Assembly (NCBI RefSeq): GCF_000020225.1
Contig: NC_010655.1
Location: 2,550,001 to 2,582,000, forward strand
From: Akkermansia muciniphila ATCC BAA-835
GTDB taxonomy: Bacteria > Verrucomicrobiota > Verrucomicrobiia > Verrucomicrobiales > Akkermansiaceae
Length of the DNA: 32,000 nucleotides
Direction of reading: 5' to 3'
Numbering within the stretch: position 1 is the stretch's first letter; every line of letters starts with the position of its first letter. A model generated the notes under the pieces. It did no database searches and was not told the origin of the DNA. It saw nothing but the letters and a program-made list of their open reading frames with translations. Below, piece by piece: positions 1-8,513 of the stretch. The position numbers and the translations under genes are program-made.

Positions 1-306
1 AAGCTGCTCATTATTACCGCGGATCTCCACGACATCCGCTGGGAGGAAGAAAGGAACGACCTGTACACTAACGCAGGCATCTTTCTGATGAATCTCTGTT
101 ATGCCCTTCATGCCAACAAGGTAGCCCACTGCCTCCTGAACTGGTCCGTATCCCCCTTTCAGGATATCCGGTTGAGGCAGCTGGTTTCCATTCCCGACCA
201 TGAAAGCATCATCTGCATTCTTGCCTGCGGTGATTGCCCGGAAAACTTCAGATTAGCGCCTTCGCCTCGTAAACCTGTCAGCCGGATATTAACCGTACAC
301 CGGTAA
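1..306 (+). CDS. Nitroreductase-fold protein, C-terminal fragment (5' end outside window)
   Basis: Frame 1 is open from nt 1 to the TAA at 304-306; the listed 88..306 ORF is only its internal-Met part. The translation KLLIITADLH...NAGIFLMNLCYALHANKVAHCLL...IPDHESIICILACGDCPE resembles the C-terminal segment of NAD(P)H nitroreductase-family proteins. This is recognition by eye; no search was run. Confidence 0.55.
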   Translation, partial: KLLIITADLHDIRWEEERNDLYTNAGIFLMNLCYALHANKVAHCLLNWSVSPFQDIRLRQLVSIPDHESIICILACGDCPENFRLAPSPRKPVSRILTVHR

Positions 307-480
307 TTTCACCTGTGTTCACAGCATACAATTCCCTCTATCCGGTTACGCTGTAATTTTCATTTTCCCAGCTCTTTCATCTGAGCGATTTGTTGAAGAT
401 TAAAAGCCAGAATCTTTTGAGGATCTTACAGCAACGCTATTCCGCATAATTCCGTTCATTTATCTGCAATCCTGATCAAT

Positions 481-2529
481 ATGAAGCAAATCACTTCACT
501 CAGAGGCCTCGCGATTATTCTGATCATCCTTTTCCACCTCAATCCGGAGCATTTCCCCTACGGCTACTTCGGCGTTGAAGTGTTTCTGGTGATTTCCGGC
601 TACCTGCTCATGAAGTCCCTCCAGAAACAGCAAATGCAAATCCGTCTCGGGGAATTTGCCCGTAAAAAAGTCTTAAGACTTTTTACCCCGGTTGCCGTCA
701 TCGTCCCGCTCACTCTTCTGGCTGGCATGTTCCTTCTGGACTATACGGACCTGGCGACAGCCAGTTCCACAGGCGGATATACGCTGATAGGCGCCGCAAA
801 CAGGTTCCTGGCCGTCATCCAGTCCGACTATTTCGCGCAGGATTCTTCCGGCAATCCGTTCCTTCACATGTGGTACCTGGCGGTGACGGTGCAGATTTAT
901 CTTTTGTTCGCGGGGGGATGCGTCCTGTACCGTTACCTTCCCAAACGGGCGGCCGCCTCTCTTTTCTGGATCGCCGGCATCGGGTCCTTTCTCTGGGCCT
1001 ATTCCTATCCCATTCACAACCTGTTGCAGGAAATCGGCCTGCCCGTCTGGGAGCAGGTCCGCCCCACTTCCCATTACATGACGCTGCCCCGTTTGTGGGA
1101 GGTTTGCGCGGGGATTTTGTTAGCAATATACCCCCCCCCCTTAAGTTCAACATGTTGCGAAAACAACAAGAAAAACGCTCTCCTCTTCCTCCTTGGAATG
1201 TTATGCATCCTCGTACCTGCCCTTTCCCGCGGAAAGGATGTCTCCCTCTGCTCGGCGGCCGTAGTTTTGGGGACATGCCTGGTGATCCGGTATGCGGAAT
1301 CCGGCAGGCTAGCCCACTGGTTCAACAATAAACTTCTGCTGTGGATTGGAGGAATCTCGTTCTCCCTTTACCTGGTGCATATGCCCCTCATCGCGTTCTA
1401 TCATTCGTGGTTTCTCCATGCTCCCGGATGGCCCGGAATGCTTGCCATCGGAGCGGCGTCCGCAGTCCTGGGAGGTCTCCTGTACCTTGCAGTAGAGAAA
1501 AAGCGCATGAAGATGAAATGGTTTATCCCCTTGTACCTTTTCGCGTTGCTTCTATGCGTTGCAGGAAGGCAGACGGAAGGATTCCGGAACTACATCAACA
1601 AGGAAATCAACTCCATTTCCAGCCCCCAGCTGCATGGCGCATCGGAAATCAAATCTCCTGAAGCCGCCCGGGGATTTGATAAGGAAGCCATCAAATTCAA
1701 TAACAACATCTTTGCCTTCGTCAGCAGAGCCGATTTCAAAGGAAGTGCGGAACCCGGCCTGCTGCAGCTGGGTTCCCCTGCCGAAGCTCCATCCATAGTC
1801 CTGCTGGGGGACAGCCACGCCTCTGCGGCCTTTTGCGGATTGGACGCAGCATGCAGGGAACTGGATATCTCCGGGATTTACGTTTCTTCCGTCATTTCCC
1901 CGTTCTGGAACAGGGAATTGCCCGCGCTGCCGTTTGATGCAAGCTACTATTGCGACGAGAAAAAAATAAAGGCCCTCATGGCATGGCTGAACGTCCACCC
2001 GGAAATCAGCCATGTGGTGATAGCCCAGCACTGGAGCACCCGTTACGACAGTAAAAATGTAATGGACTGGAAGCTGAAGCCGCTTCCCTCCGGAGAACCT
2101 GCCTATTCAGATTCTCTCCGTGCGTTTATCTCCGAACTGCGGGCGATGGGCAAGCAAGTCATCCTGTTGGCCCCCACTCCGCTCATCAAGCAAAATGATG
2201 TGGCCAAATACATCAGGAACCTCATACGCAGGGGGGAAACGGGAAAAGGCCTGGAAAGCCTTACCTGCACGCGGCAAAAATACAGGGAAGATCATGCCGC
2301 CGTGCTTCCCATCCTTGACCGTCTTGAACAGGAAGGGATCTGCACCGTCCTGCGCATACTTCCCTATATACCGGAAGACAGGCCGTTCAACGCCTATGAA
2401 CACGGGGAAATCCTGTACAAGGATAGCGACCACATGTCCAGCAAAGGCTCCATCAAACTCTTCCAGCACCTGAAACCCCAGTTAAAGGAAGCGCTACAAA
2501 AAGAATCCACGGCATCACCAGGTTCATAA
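481..2529 (+). CDS. Membrane O-acyltransferase: acyltransferase-3 (OafA/YrhL-like) multi-TM domain fused to a C-terminal SGNH/GDSL domain
   Basis: 682-aa ORF starting at ATG. The N-terminus LRGLAIILIILFHL...GYFGVEVFLVISGYLL is the typical AT3-family opening with an invariant His region, followed by many hydrophobic helices. The C-terminal soluble part carries a GDS(H) block I (VLLGDSHASA) and a distal DSDHMS (DxxH-like) block typical of SGNH extensions of OafA-type O-acetyltransferases. Confidence 0.85.
   Translation: MKQITSLRGLAIILIILFHLNPEHFPYGYFGVEVFLVISGYLLMKSLQKQQMQIRLGEFARKKVLRLFTPVAVIVPLTLLAGMFLLDYTDLATASSTGGYTLIGAANRFLAVIQSDYFAQDSSGNPFLHMWYLAVTVQIYLLFAGGCVLYRYLPKRAAASLFWIAGIGSFLWAYSYPIHNLLQEIGLPVWEQVRPTSHYMTLPRLWEVCAGILLAIYPPPLSSTCCENNKKNALLFLLGMLCILVPALSRGKDVSLCSAAVVLGTCLVIRYAESGRLAHWFNNKLLLWIGGISFSLYLVHMPLIAFYHSWFLHAPGWPGMLAIGAASAVLGGLLYLAVEKKRMKMKWFIPLYLFALLLCVAGRQTEGFRNYINKEINSISSPQLHGASEIKSPEAARGFDKEAIKFNNNIFAFVSRADFKGSAEPGLLQLGSPAEAPSIVLLGDSHASAAFCGLDAACRELDISGIYVSSVISPFWNRELPALPFDASYYCDEKKIKALMAWLNVHPEISHVVIAQHWSTRYDSKNVMDWKLKPLPSGEPAYSDSLRAFISELRAMGKQVILLAPTPLIKQNDVAKYIRNLIRRGETGKGLESLTCTRQKYREDHAAVLPILDRLEQEGICTVLRILPYIPEDRPFNAYEHGEILYKDSDHMSSKGSIKLFQHLKPQLKEALQKESTASPGS
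1131..1140 (+). repeat. C10 homopolymeric tract inside the acyltransferase CDS (encodes Y-PPP)
   Basis: Read directly: ...gcaatata cccccccccc ttaagttc. It is in frame as tac ccc ccc ccc tta. Losing one C gives tac ccc ccc cct TAA, an immediate stop. Gaining one C shifts into the frame of the listed 870..1331 ORF, which stops at 1331. Confidence 0.95.
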
Positions 2530-2767
2530 AATCCGTAGCCGTGAACACGTCTGCCGCAGCTCCGGCAGGGAAACATTTAAATAAAACCGGCTTTTGTGGA
2601 AGCTATAGAGTTTTCTTTGGGAAAAAAATGCCCTTGCATGATGAATAATGCGCCAAATGTTTAACACTTTTTGTCATACATTGAACATATCTTTCCGTTT
2701 CTTTTCTGGTATTGAAGATACACTTGCTAAAAATAAAAATATTGTTATTGTATTTTCCCCTCTAATT

Positions 2768-3682
2768 ATGCAACATAAAACCATTATTGCGACATGTGCG
2801 GCCATGGCCGCTTTTTCCGGCATGGCTACTGCCGATATCCAGCTCCCCCTGGATGTTTTAAACGCCAATAACGGCGGCAAGACATTCTCCGCCCAGCTGG
2901 GAGCAGGCTACGCTACCAAATACATCAGCCGCGGTCTGGCTTTCCAGAATTCCGCAAGTGATCATGTCATTCCCCTGGAAGCCGTCGGCGCCTATCAATT
3001 GAACAATCAATATTCCCTGATAGGCGGATTAAAATATCAGTGGATGACGGATAATGGTCTGGAACACAATGATTCCGGCATTTGCGACGAAGGCTCGGCC
3101 ATTTTAGGCGTCAGCCGCAAATTCGGAAAATCCACTGTCGCGGCTCTGAGTTACCAGTTTGTCCACGGCGGTATCCCCGGAAGTTTCAACATCCACAATA
3201 CAGGCAACAACTCCGGCTTCCCTGCTTTCAGCCACAATAGGCCGGAAGAACACAGCTTCGTTCTGGACATTCACCATGACTTCGGCAAAGGGCTGGAAAA
3301 CTTCTTCTGGGACTGCCGCGTACAATATACGTTCCGCTGGATGACTGGCTGGTGGTTCACCAATACGCTGGGGTACAAGTATGACGTCAACAAATCCACC
3401 TCCGTCATCGTGGCGGGCACCTGGAACGCCACTGCCGGCTATTTTGACAGCAATTCCCTGAACGCCAATGGAACCCAGGGCATTTCCCTGACGGTTTCCG
3501 CCCCTGTCAAGGCCACGAAAGACCTGACCGTGACTCCGTTCGTGGGTACGGTCTGGCTCGGCAACGGCGGCCTGGCGGCCAACCACCGCGGCGCTTCCGC
3601 CCGTTTCCCCTACAGGGAGCCCTCCAAGGTTTACCGCAATTTCACCTTCGTCGCCGGGGTAGGAGTTGCCTACACCTTCTAA
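2768..3682 (+). CDS. Secreted outer-membrane beta-barrel-like protein (unknown function)
   Basis: The internal ATG at 2768 begins a signal peptide (MQHKTIIATCAAMAAFSGMATA/DIQ). The sequence is Gly/Tyr/Asn-rich with alternating patterns and ends ...VGVAYTF, the aromatic terminal residue typical of OMP beta-barrels. The upstream 2648 start adds a non-signal, AT-rich-encoded extension and is rejected. Confidence 0.7.
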   Translation: MQHKTIIATCAAMAAFSGMATADIQLPLDVLNANNGGKTFSAQLGAGYATKYISRGLAFQNSASDHVIPLEAVGAYQLNNQYSLIGGLKYQWMTDNGLEHNDSGICDEGSAILGVSRKFGKSTVAALSYQFVHGGIPGSFNIHNTGNNSGFPAFSHNRPEEHSFVLDIHHDFGKGLENFFWDCRVQYTFRWMTGWWFTNTLGYKYDVNKSTSVIVAGTWNATAGYFDSNSLNANGTQGISLTVSAPVKATKDLTVTPFVGTVWLGNGGLAANHRGASARFPYREPSKVYRNFTFVAGVGVAYTF

Positions 3683-3712
3683 CAATCTGACTGTCATTCA
3701 CTCAACCAACGC

Positions 3713-3753
3713 AAGCTCCGGCATGTGCCATCAATCATGCCGGAGCTTTTCTT
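3713..3753 (+). terminator. Rho-independent terminator after the OMP gene
   Basis: Perfect 13-bp stem: aagctccggcatg (3713-3725) pairs with catgccggagctt (3736-3748). The loop is 10 nt and the stem is followed by a T-rich run (ttttctt). It lies 31 nt after the stop codon. Confidence 0.75.
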
Positions 3754-3761
3754 AACTCCCC

Positions 3762-4910
3762 ATGCCCCTGTCCGCCGTTTTCCACACTTCCTCCCTTCAG
3801 AAGCAAGTGGCCGCCCTGAGCGACGCATTCGCCATCGCAGGAGAATTCCTCCATTGCGACGTCATTAACAGCGGCCATATCAACATGACCTTCCGGGCCA
3901 CCTACAGGAAGCCGGACGGCACCACCCGCCGCTACATCTTCCAGCGCGTGAACGATGCCGTGTTCCCATGCCCCAGGGATGTCATGCACAACGTGGAAAA
4001 GGTGACCAACCATATCCGCTGGAAAATGTTCCGGGTGCTGAAAACGCCCTTCCGCCAGACGCTGAACCTGTACTCCGCGCGGGGCGGCCGCAAATACCTG
4101 GAAATTCCCGGTTCCGGCTTCTGGCGCTGCTACAACTGCATAGAAAACACCCACACGTTCGACGTAGCGGACCATCCCCGCCAGGCTTACGAAGCAGCCC
4201 GCGCTTTCGGCGCTTTCCAACAGCTCCTGTGTGACATGAATCCGGAGGACATCCATGAAACCATTCCGTTCTTCCACCATACCCGCAGGCGCTTTGACCA
4301 TTTGGAAAAAGCCGCGGCAGCAGACTCCCACGGACGTCTGAATACCTGCCGCAAGGAGCTGGACTTCATCCGCCGCCGTGAACGTTATGTGGACGTGCTG
4401 CTGGATCTCCAGGAACGGGGGGAGCTCCCCGTCAGAATCGTCCACAACGACACGAAAATCAACAACGTGATGCTGGACAGGGAGACGGACAAGGCTGTCT
4501 GCGTCATTGACCTGGACACCGTCATGCCCGGGAGCGTCCTGTACGACTTCGGAGACATGGTGCGCACCATGACCTCCCCTGCGGCGGAAGATGAAGAAAA
4601 TCTGGATAAAACCTTCCTGCGCATGCCCATGTTCGAGGCCGTCGTCAAGGGATACCTGGAGGCCTCCAGAGAATTCATCACGCCGCAGGAAGTCTCCAAA
4701 CTCGCTTTTTCCGGTCTGCTTATCACGCTGGAAACGGGAATCCGCTTCCTGACGGACTACCTGGAAGGGGACGTTTATTTCAAAACGAAAAAAGAACGGC
4801 ACAATCTGCACCGTGCCCGCACCCAGCTCAGGCTGGTGGAAAGCATGGAAGAGCAAATGCCTGAAATGGAAGAATGCGTCCGGAAATGCTTCCAGACTGT
4901 TAACGGCTGA
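3762..4910 (+). CDS. nahK: N-acetylhexosamine 1-kinase-like phosphotransferase (APH/NahK family)
   Basis: The 382-aa protein shows long collinear similarity, from memory, to Bifidobacterium NahK/LnpB. Examples: RIVHNDTKINNVMLD...VIDLDTVMPGSVLYDFGDM versus VTHNDTKLNNILMD...IIDLDTIMPGSMLFDFGDS, and RFLTDYLEGDVYFKTK...HNL..ARTQLRLVESME versus RFLADYLEGDIYFATK...HNL..TRTQIKLVQEME. Confidence 0.88.
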   Translation: MPLSAVFHTSSLQKQVAALSDAFAIAGEFLHCDVINSGHINMTFRATYRKPDGTTRRYIFQRVNDAVFPCPRDVMHNVEKVTNHIRWKMFRVLKTPFRQTLNLYSARGGRKYLEIPGSGFWRCYNCIENTHTFDVADHPRQAYEAARAFGAFQQLLCDMNPEDIHETIPFFHHTRRRFDHLEKAAAADSHGRLNTCRKELDFIRRRERYVDVLLDLQERGELPVRIVHNDTKINNVMLDRETDKAVCVIDLDTVMPGSVLYDFGDMVRTMTSPAAEDEENLDKTFLRMPMFEAVVKGYLEASREFITPQEVSKLAFSGLLITLETGIRFLTDYLEGDVYFKTKKERHNLHRARTQLRLVESMEEQMPEMEECVRKCFQTVNG

Positions 4911-4980
4911 GAGGGCATGACCGGCATTACCCCAATTTTATGATAGTACCGGAACGCGGGCTGGTGCTATACTGCGAGGC

Positions 4981-5400
4981 ATGTTAAAAAATATTTCTCC
5001 CCTCATCAGCCCTTCCCTGCTGAAAATTCTTGCGGAAATGGGGCATGGCGACGAAATCGTCTTTTCAGACGCCCACTTCCCCGGCCATACCTTCAACCCT
5101 ACGGTGCTGAGGGCGGACGGCCTGGGGGCGGATGCCCTGCTGGCTGCCGTCATTCCCCTCTTCGAACTGGATGCCTACGCAACGCCCGTCATCATGATGG
5201 CCCCGGTTCCGGGGGACTCTCTGGACCCTGCGGTGGAAGCCAAATACCGCAAGGCGCTGAACTATGACGGGGAAATTGAGCAAATGGAGCGCTACGCTTT
5301 TTATGAACGGGCCAAAAAGGCCTATGCCGTCGTCATTACCGGGGAAACGGCCAAATACGGCAACATCATCCTGAAAAAAGGCGTTACCCCTCTTTCCTGA
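4981..5400 (+). CDS. fucU: L-fucose mutarotase (RbsD/FucU family)
   Basis: The 139-aa protein [36 protein letters not shown]...IPLFELD...[31 protein letters not shown] is near-collinear with E. coli FucU ([36 protein letters not shown]...). Confidence 0.93.
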   Translation: MLKNISPLISPSLLKILAEMGHGDEIVFSDAHFPGHTFNPTVLRADGLGADALLAAVIPLFELDAYATPVIMMAPVPGDSLDPAVEAKYRKALNYDGEIEQMERYAFYERAKKAYAVVITGETAKYGNIILKKGVTPLS

Positions 5401-5425
5401 CCATTGGCCGCCAGACAAACCTTCC

Positions 5426-6628
5426 ATGCAGTACGATTTTGACGAAGTAATTGAGCGACGCGGCACCGGAGCCCTGAAATATGAAGCGCTGCTTCCCCGC
5501 TGGGGCCGGGACGACCTGATTCCCCTGTGGGTGGCGGACATGGACTTCAGGACGCCCCCCTTCATCATGGAAGCTATCCGCCGCCGCTGCGAGCACGAAA
5601 TCCTGGGATATACCGTCAAGCCCCGCGCTTTCTTTGAAGCCATCAGGGACTGGGTGGACCGACGCCACGGGTGGAAGGTGAACGCCTCGGAAATAGGCTT
5701 CGCTCCGGGCATTGTTCCCGGCATTTCCAGCGCCATCCAATGCTTTACGGAACCGGGGGACAAAATCATGATCCAGCCTCCGGTGTACCACCCCTTTGCC
5801 ATGATCATCCGGGAAAACGGCCGGGAAATCGTCAACAATCCCCTCATTCTGGAAAACGGCCGCTACCGCATGGACTTCAACCACATGCAGGAAGCCGTGC
5901 GTGGCTGCCGCATGTTCATCCTGTGCAATCCCCACAACCCCGGAGGCCGCGTATGGAGTCCGGAGGAATTGCGCCGCGTGGCTGAAATCTGTACGGCAAA
6001 CGGCACGCTGGTCGTTTCTGATGAAATCCATGCGGATCTGACCCTTCCCGGCCACAGGCACACCGTATTCGCCACTGTTTCCGAACAGGCCCGCATGAAC
6101 TCCGTCACCTACATGGCGCCCAGCAAGACCTTCAACGTGCCCGGCCTGGGCAGTTCCTACGTGATTTGCCAGAATCCGGACCTGTTCGCGAAATACCAGG
6201 ACTTTGTCAGCGGCAGGGAGCTTGCGGAAGGGCACGTTTTCGCGTACGACGGGCTCATCAGCGCCTATTCAGGCCCGGAAGGGGAGGAATGGCTGGCCCA
6301 GGCGCTGGACTACATTCAGGAAAACATCCGCTTCATTGACGCGGAACTGCGCCGCCGCATGCCAAAAATTAAAACCATCATGCCGGATGCCTCCTACCTA
6401 GTATTTCTGGACTGCCGGGAAATGAACCTTTCCCAGAAGGAACTGGTGGAATTTTTTGTGGACGGAGCGCGCCTGGCTCTCAACGACGGTTCCATCTTCG
6501 GCAAGGAAGGGGAAGGCTTCATGCGCCTGAACGCGGGCTGTCCCCGCTCCATCCTGGAACGGGCGCTCAGCCAGCTGGAGGAAGCCTATGAAAACCGCGG
6601 CTTCCGGCAACAACAATCACAAAATTAA
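5426..6628 (+). CDS. MalY/PatB-type PLP-dependent C-S lyase (cystathionine beta-lyase-like aminotransferase class I/II)
   Basis: The 400-aa protein has the typical family opening YDFDEVIERRGTGALKYE, plus ...WVADMDF..P..I and ...ILCNPHNPGGRVW..EEL and SKTFN (PLP-lysine motif). It starts 25 nt after fucU, so it is probably co-transcribed. Confidence 0.88.
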   Translation: MQYDFDEVIERRGTGALKYEALLPRWGRDDLIPLWVADMDFRTPPFIMEAIRRRCEHEILGYTVKPRAFFEAIRDWVDRRHGWKVNASEIGFAPGIVPGISSAIQCFTEPGDKIMIQPPVYHPFAMIIRENGREIVNNPLILENGRYRMDFNHMQEAVRGCRMFILCNPHNPGGRVWSPEELRRVAEICTANGTLVVSDEIHADLTLPGHRHTVFATVSEQARMNSVTYMAPSKTFNVPGLGSSYVICQNPDLFAKYQDFVSGRELAEGHVFAYDGLISAYSGPEGEEWLAQALDYIQENIRFIDAELRRRMPKIKTIMPDASYLVFLDCREMNLSQKELVEFFVDGARLALNDGSIFGKEGEGFMRLNAGCPRSILERALSQLEEAYENRGFRQQQSQN

Positions 6629-6900
6629 AGACACGCATCACGCTCCCCGGCAATGGAATTCATTTCCGGAACCATGTATTGGGGAAATTTTCCCGGAGAC
6701 ATCCAGCCCCGCCGTATTTTCTCCTGTTGAGTCCCTTGCGGAGAACGCTGCGGCGCGGTGGAAAGGGAATATCTGAACAACCCCTTCCGCCGTTTCGCCC
6801 GCGGCCCCCCCTTACTCTCCCATCCCATGCTGAAAAACACGCCCGAGATGCCGCCATGACTTTGCTTGCAAAACGGCAGGAAAGGAGTATCGTCCCCCGC

Positions 6901-8508
6901 ATGTACTATATCACCACGGCCATTGACTACACCAACGGACCGCCCCACATCGGGCACGCTTATGAAAAAGTCCTGGCGGACGTCCTCGCGCGCTGGCACC
7001 GGATGAAGGGGGAGGAAGTCTATTTCCTGACCGGGGTGGACCAGCATGGGCAGAAAGTGCAGCAGACGGCGGAAAAGCTGGGCATTACGCCGCAGGAGCA
7101 TGTCAACAATATCACAGGGCAATTCCTGGCGTTGTGGGACCGACTGGGCATCAGCAATGACGGATGGGCCTCCACGACGGATCCGCGCCACAAGGCCTGC
7201 GTGCAGAAAATCCTGACGGACCTGAAGGACAAGGGGCAGCTTTACAAAAAATCCTACAAGGGATTCTACTCCGTGCGCCAGGAACAGTTCCTGACGGACA
7301 AGGAACGGGACGCGGAAGGCAACTTCGGCCCGGAATGGGGGGAAGTGGTGGAACTGGAGGAAGAAAACTGGTATTTCCGCCTGACCGACCATGTGGAATG
7401 GATGAAGCAATTCGTGGAAAAGAGCAGTGATTTTGTCCTTCCGTCCTTCCGCAAGGCGGAAGTGCTCAACGCCATTGACTTTGACTCGGACCTCTGCATT
7501 TCCCGCCCCAAGAGCCGCCTTTCCTGGGGAATCGAATTCCCGTTCGACCCCGAATTCGTCACCTACGTCTGGTTTGACGCCCTGATCAACTACATTTCCT
7601 TCGCCGGCTACCTGGCGGAGCCGGACAGCGGCCTGCCGGAATTCTCCAAACTCTGGCCCGCAGACTGCGAAGTCATCGGCAAAGACATCCTGGTGCCCGC
7701 CCACGGCGTGTACTGGCCCGCCATGCTGCATGCCATGGGCTTTTCCGACGAGGAAATGCCCACCCTGCTCGTGCACGGCTGGTGGAACATCAACGGGGAA
7801 AAAATGTCCAAGTCCATCGGCAACGTGGTGGACCCCAACCTGCTGGCGGAACAATTCGGCCCGGAACCTGTGCGCTATTACCTGGTGCGGGACATCACCA
7901 CCGGGAAGGACGCCAACTTTGACGCGGACCGCTTGGTCATGCTGTACAATACGGAGCTGGCCAACGACCTCGGCAACCTGTGCAACCGCTCCATCAACAT
8001 GACGCGCCGCTATTGCGACTCCGTTATCTCCGGAGCGGAGGCATATGATGACGAAGCCTCCAAAGCCCTGCGCTCCACCATGGACCAGGCCGTCACCCTG
8101 TTTTCCAAATACATGGACGACAACATGGCCTCCGATGCCCTGGCGGCCCTGAACGCCCAGGTTTCCGCCTGTAACGCGTACATTGAGCAGCAGCAGCCCT
8201 GGCAGCTGGCCAAGGATGAAGCCTCCGCCCCGCGCCTCCGCTGCGTGCTGCGCCATTTGCTGGAATGCTGCGCCCAAACGGGCTATCTCATCGGCTGCGT
8301 CCTCCCTGACGCCTCCGCCCGCATTCTGGGCCAGCTCAACGCCGGGGATCTGTTCCGGGGCCTTACGCCGGCCGCGCTGAAGTGGGGAATCCTCCCCGCA
8401 GGGCACCGCATCAATGATCCCGCCCCCGTTTTTCCCCGCATTCTTTCGGAAGAGGAAAAGGCCAAACTGGCTGAAAAAGCGGCCAGGGCGGCAAAAAAAC
8501 AAGGCTGA
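6901..8508 (+). CDS. metG: Methionine--tRNA ligase
   Basis: Starting at ATG 6901 gives MYYITTAIDYTNGPPHIGHAYE (HIGH motif), and KMSKS is present (GEKMSKSIGN). The listed 6679 start adds a Pro/Arg-rich extension with no homology and is rejected. GGAAAGGAG lies upstream of 6901. Confidence 0.95.
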   Translation: MYYITTAIDYTNGPPHIGHAYEKVLADVLARWHRMKGEEVYFLTGVDQHGQKVQQTAEKLGITPQEHVNNITGQFLALWDRLGISNDGWASTTDPRHKACVQKILTDLKDKGQLYKKSYKGFYSVRQEQFLTDKERDAEGNFGPEWGEVVELEEENWYFRLTDHVEWMKQFVEKSSDFVLPSFRKAEVLNAIDFDSDLCISRPKSRLSWGIEFPFDPEFVTYVWFDALINYISFAGYLAEPDSGLPEFSKLWPADCEVIGKDILVPAHGVYWPAMLHAMGFSDEEMPTLLVHGWWNINGEKMSKSIGNVVDPNLLAEQFGPEPVRYYLVRDITTGKDANFDADRLVMLYNTELANDLGNLCNRSINMTRRYCDSVISGAEAYDDEASKALRSTMDQAVTLFSKYMDDNMASDALAALNAQVSACNAYIEQQQPWQLAKDEASAPRLRCVLRHLLECCAQTGYLIGCVLPDASARILGQLNAGDLFRGLTPAALKWGILPAGHRINDPAPVFPRILSEEEKAKLAEKAARAAKKQG

Positions 8509-8513
8509 TTCCC

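Noticed and set aside
2648-2767. Upstream in-frame starts for the OMP gene (2648), metG (6679) and the PEP-CTERM gene (10568)
   Set aside because: In each case a downstream Met begins the recognisable signal peptide or conserved N-terminus. The extensions are encoded by promoter, leader or riboswitch DNA.
3735-6235. Minus-strand ORFs 3735-4856, 5065-5847 and 5384-6235 (373, 260 and 283 aa)
   Set aside because: They are antisense to or out of frame with nahK, fucU and the C-S lyase, all of which are identified by strong collinear similarity in the + frames.
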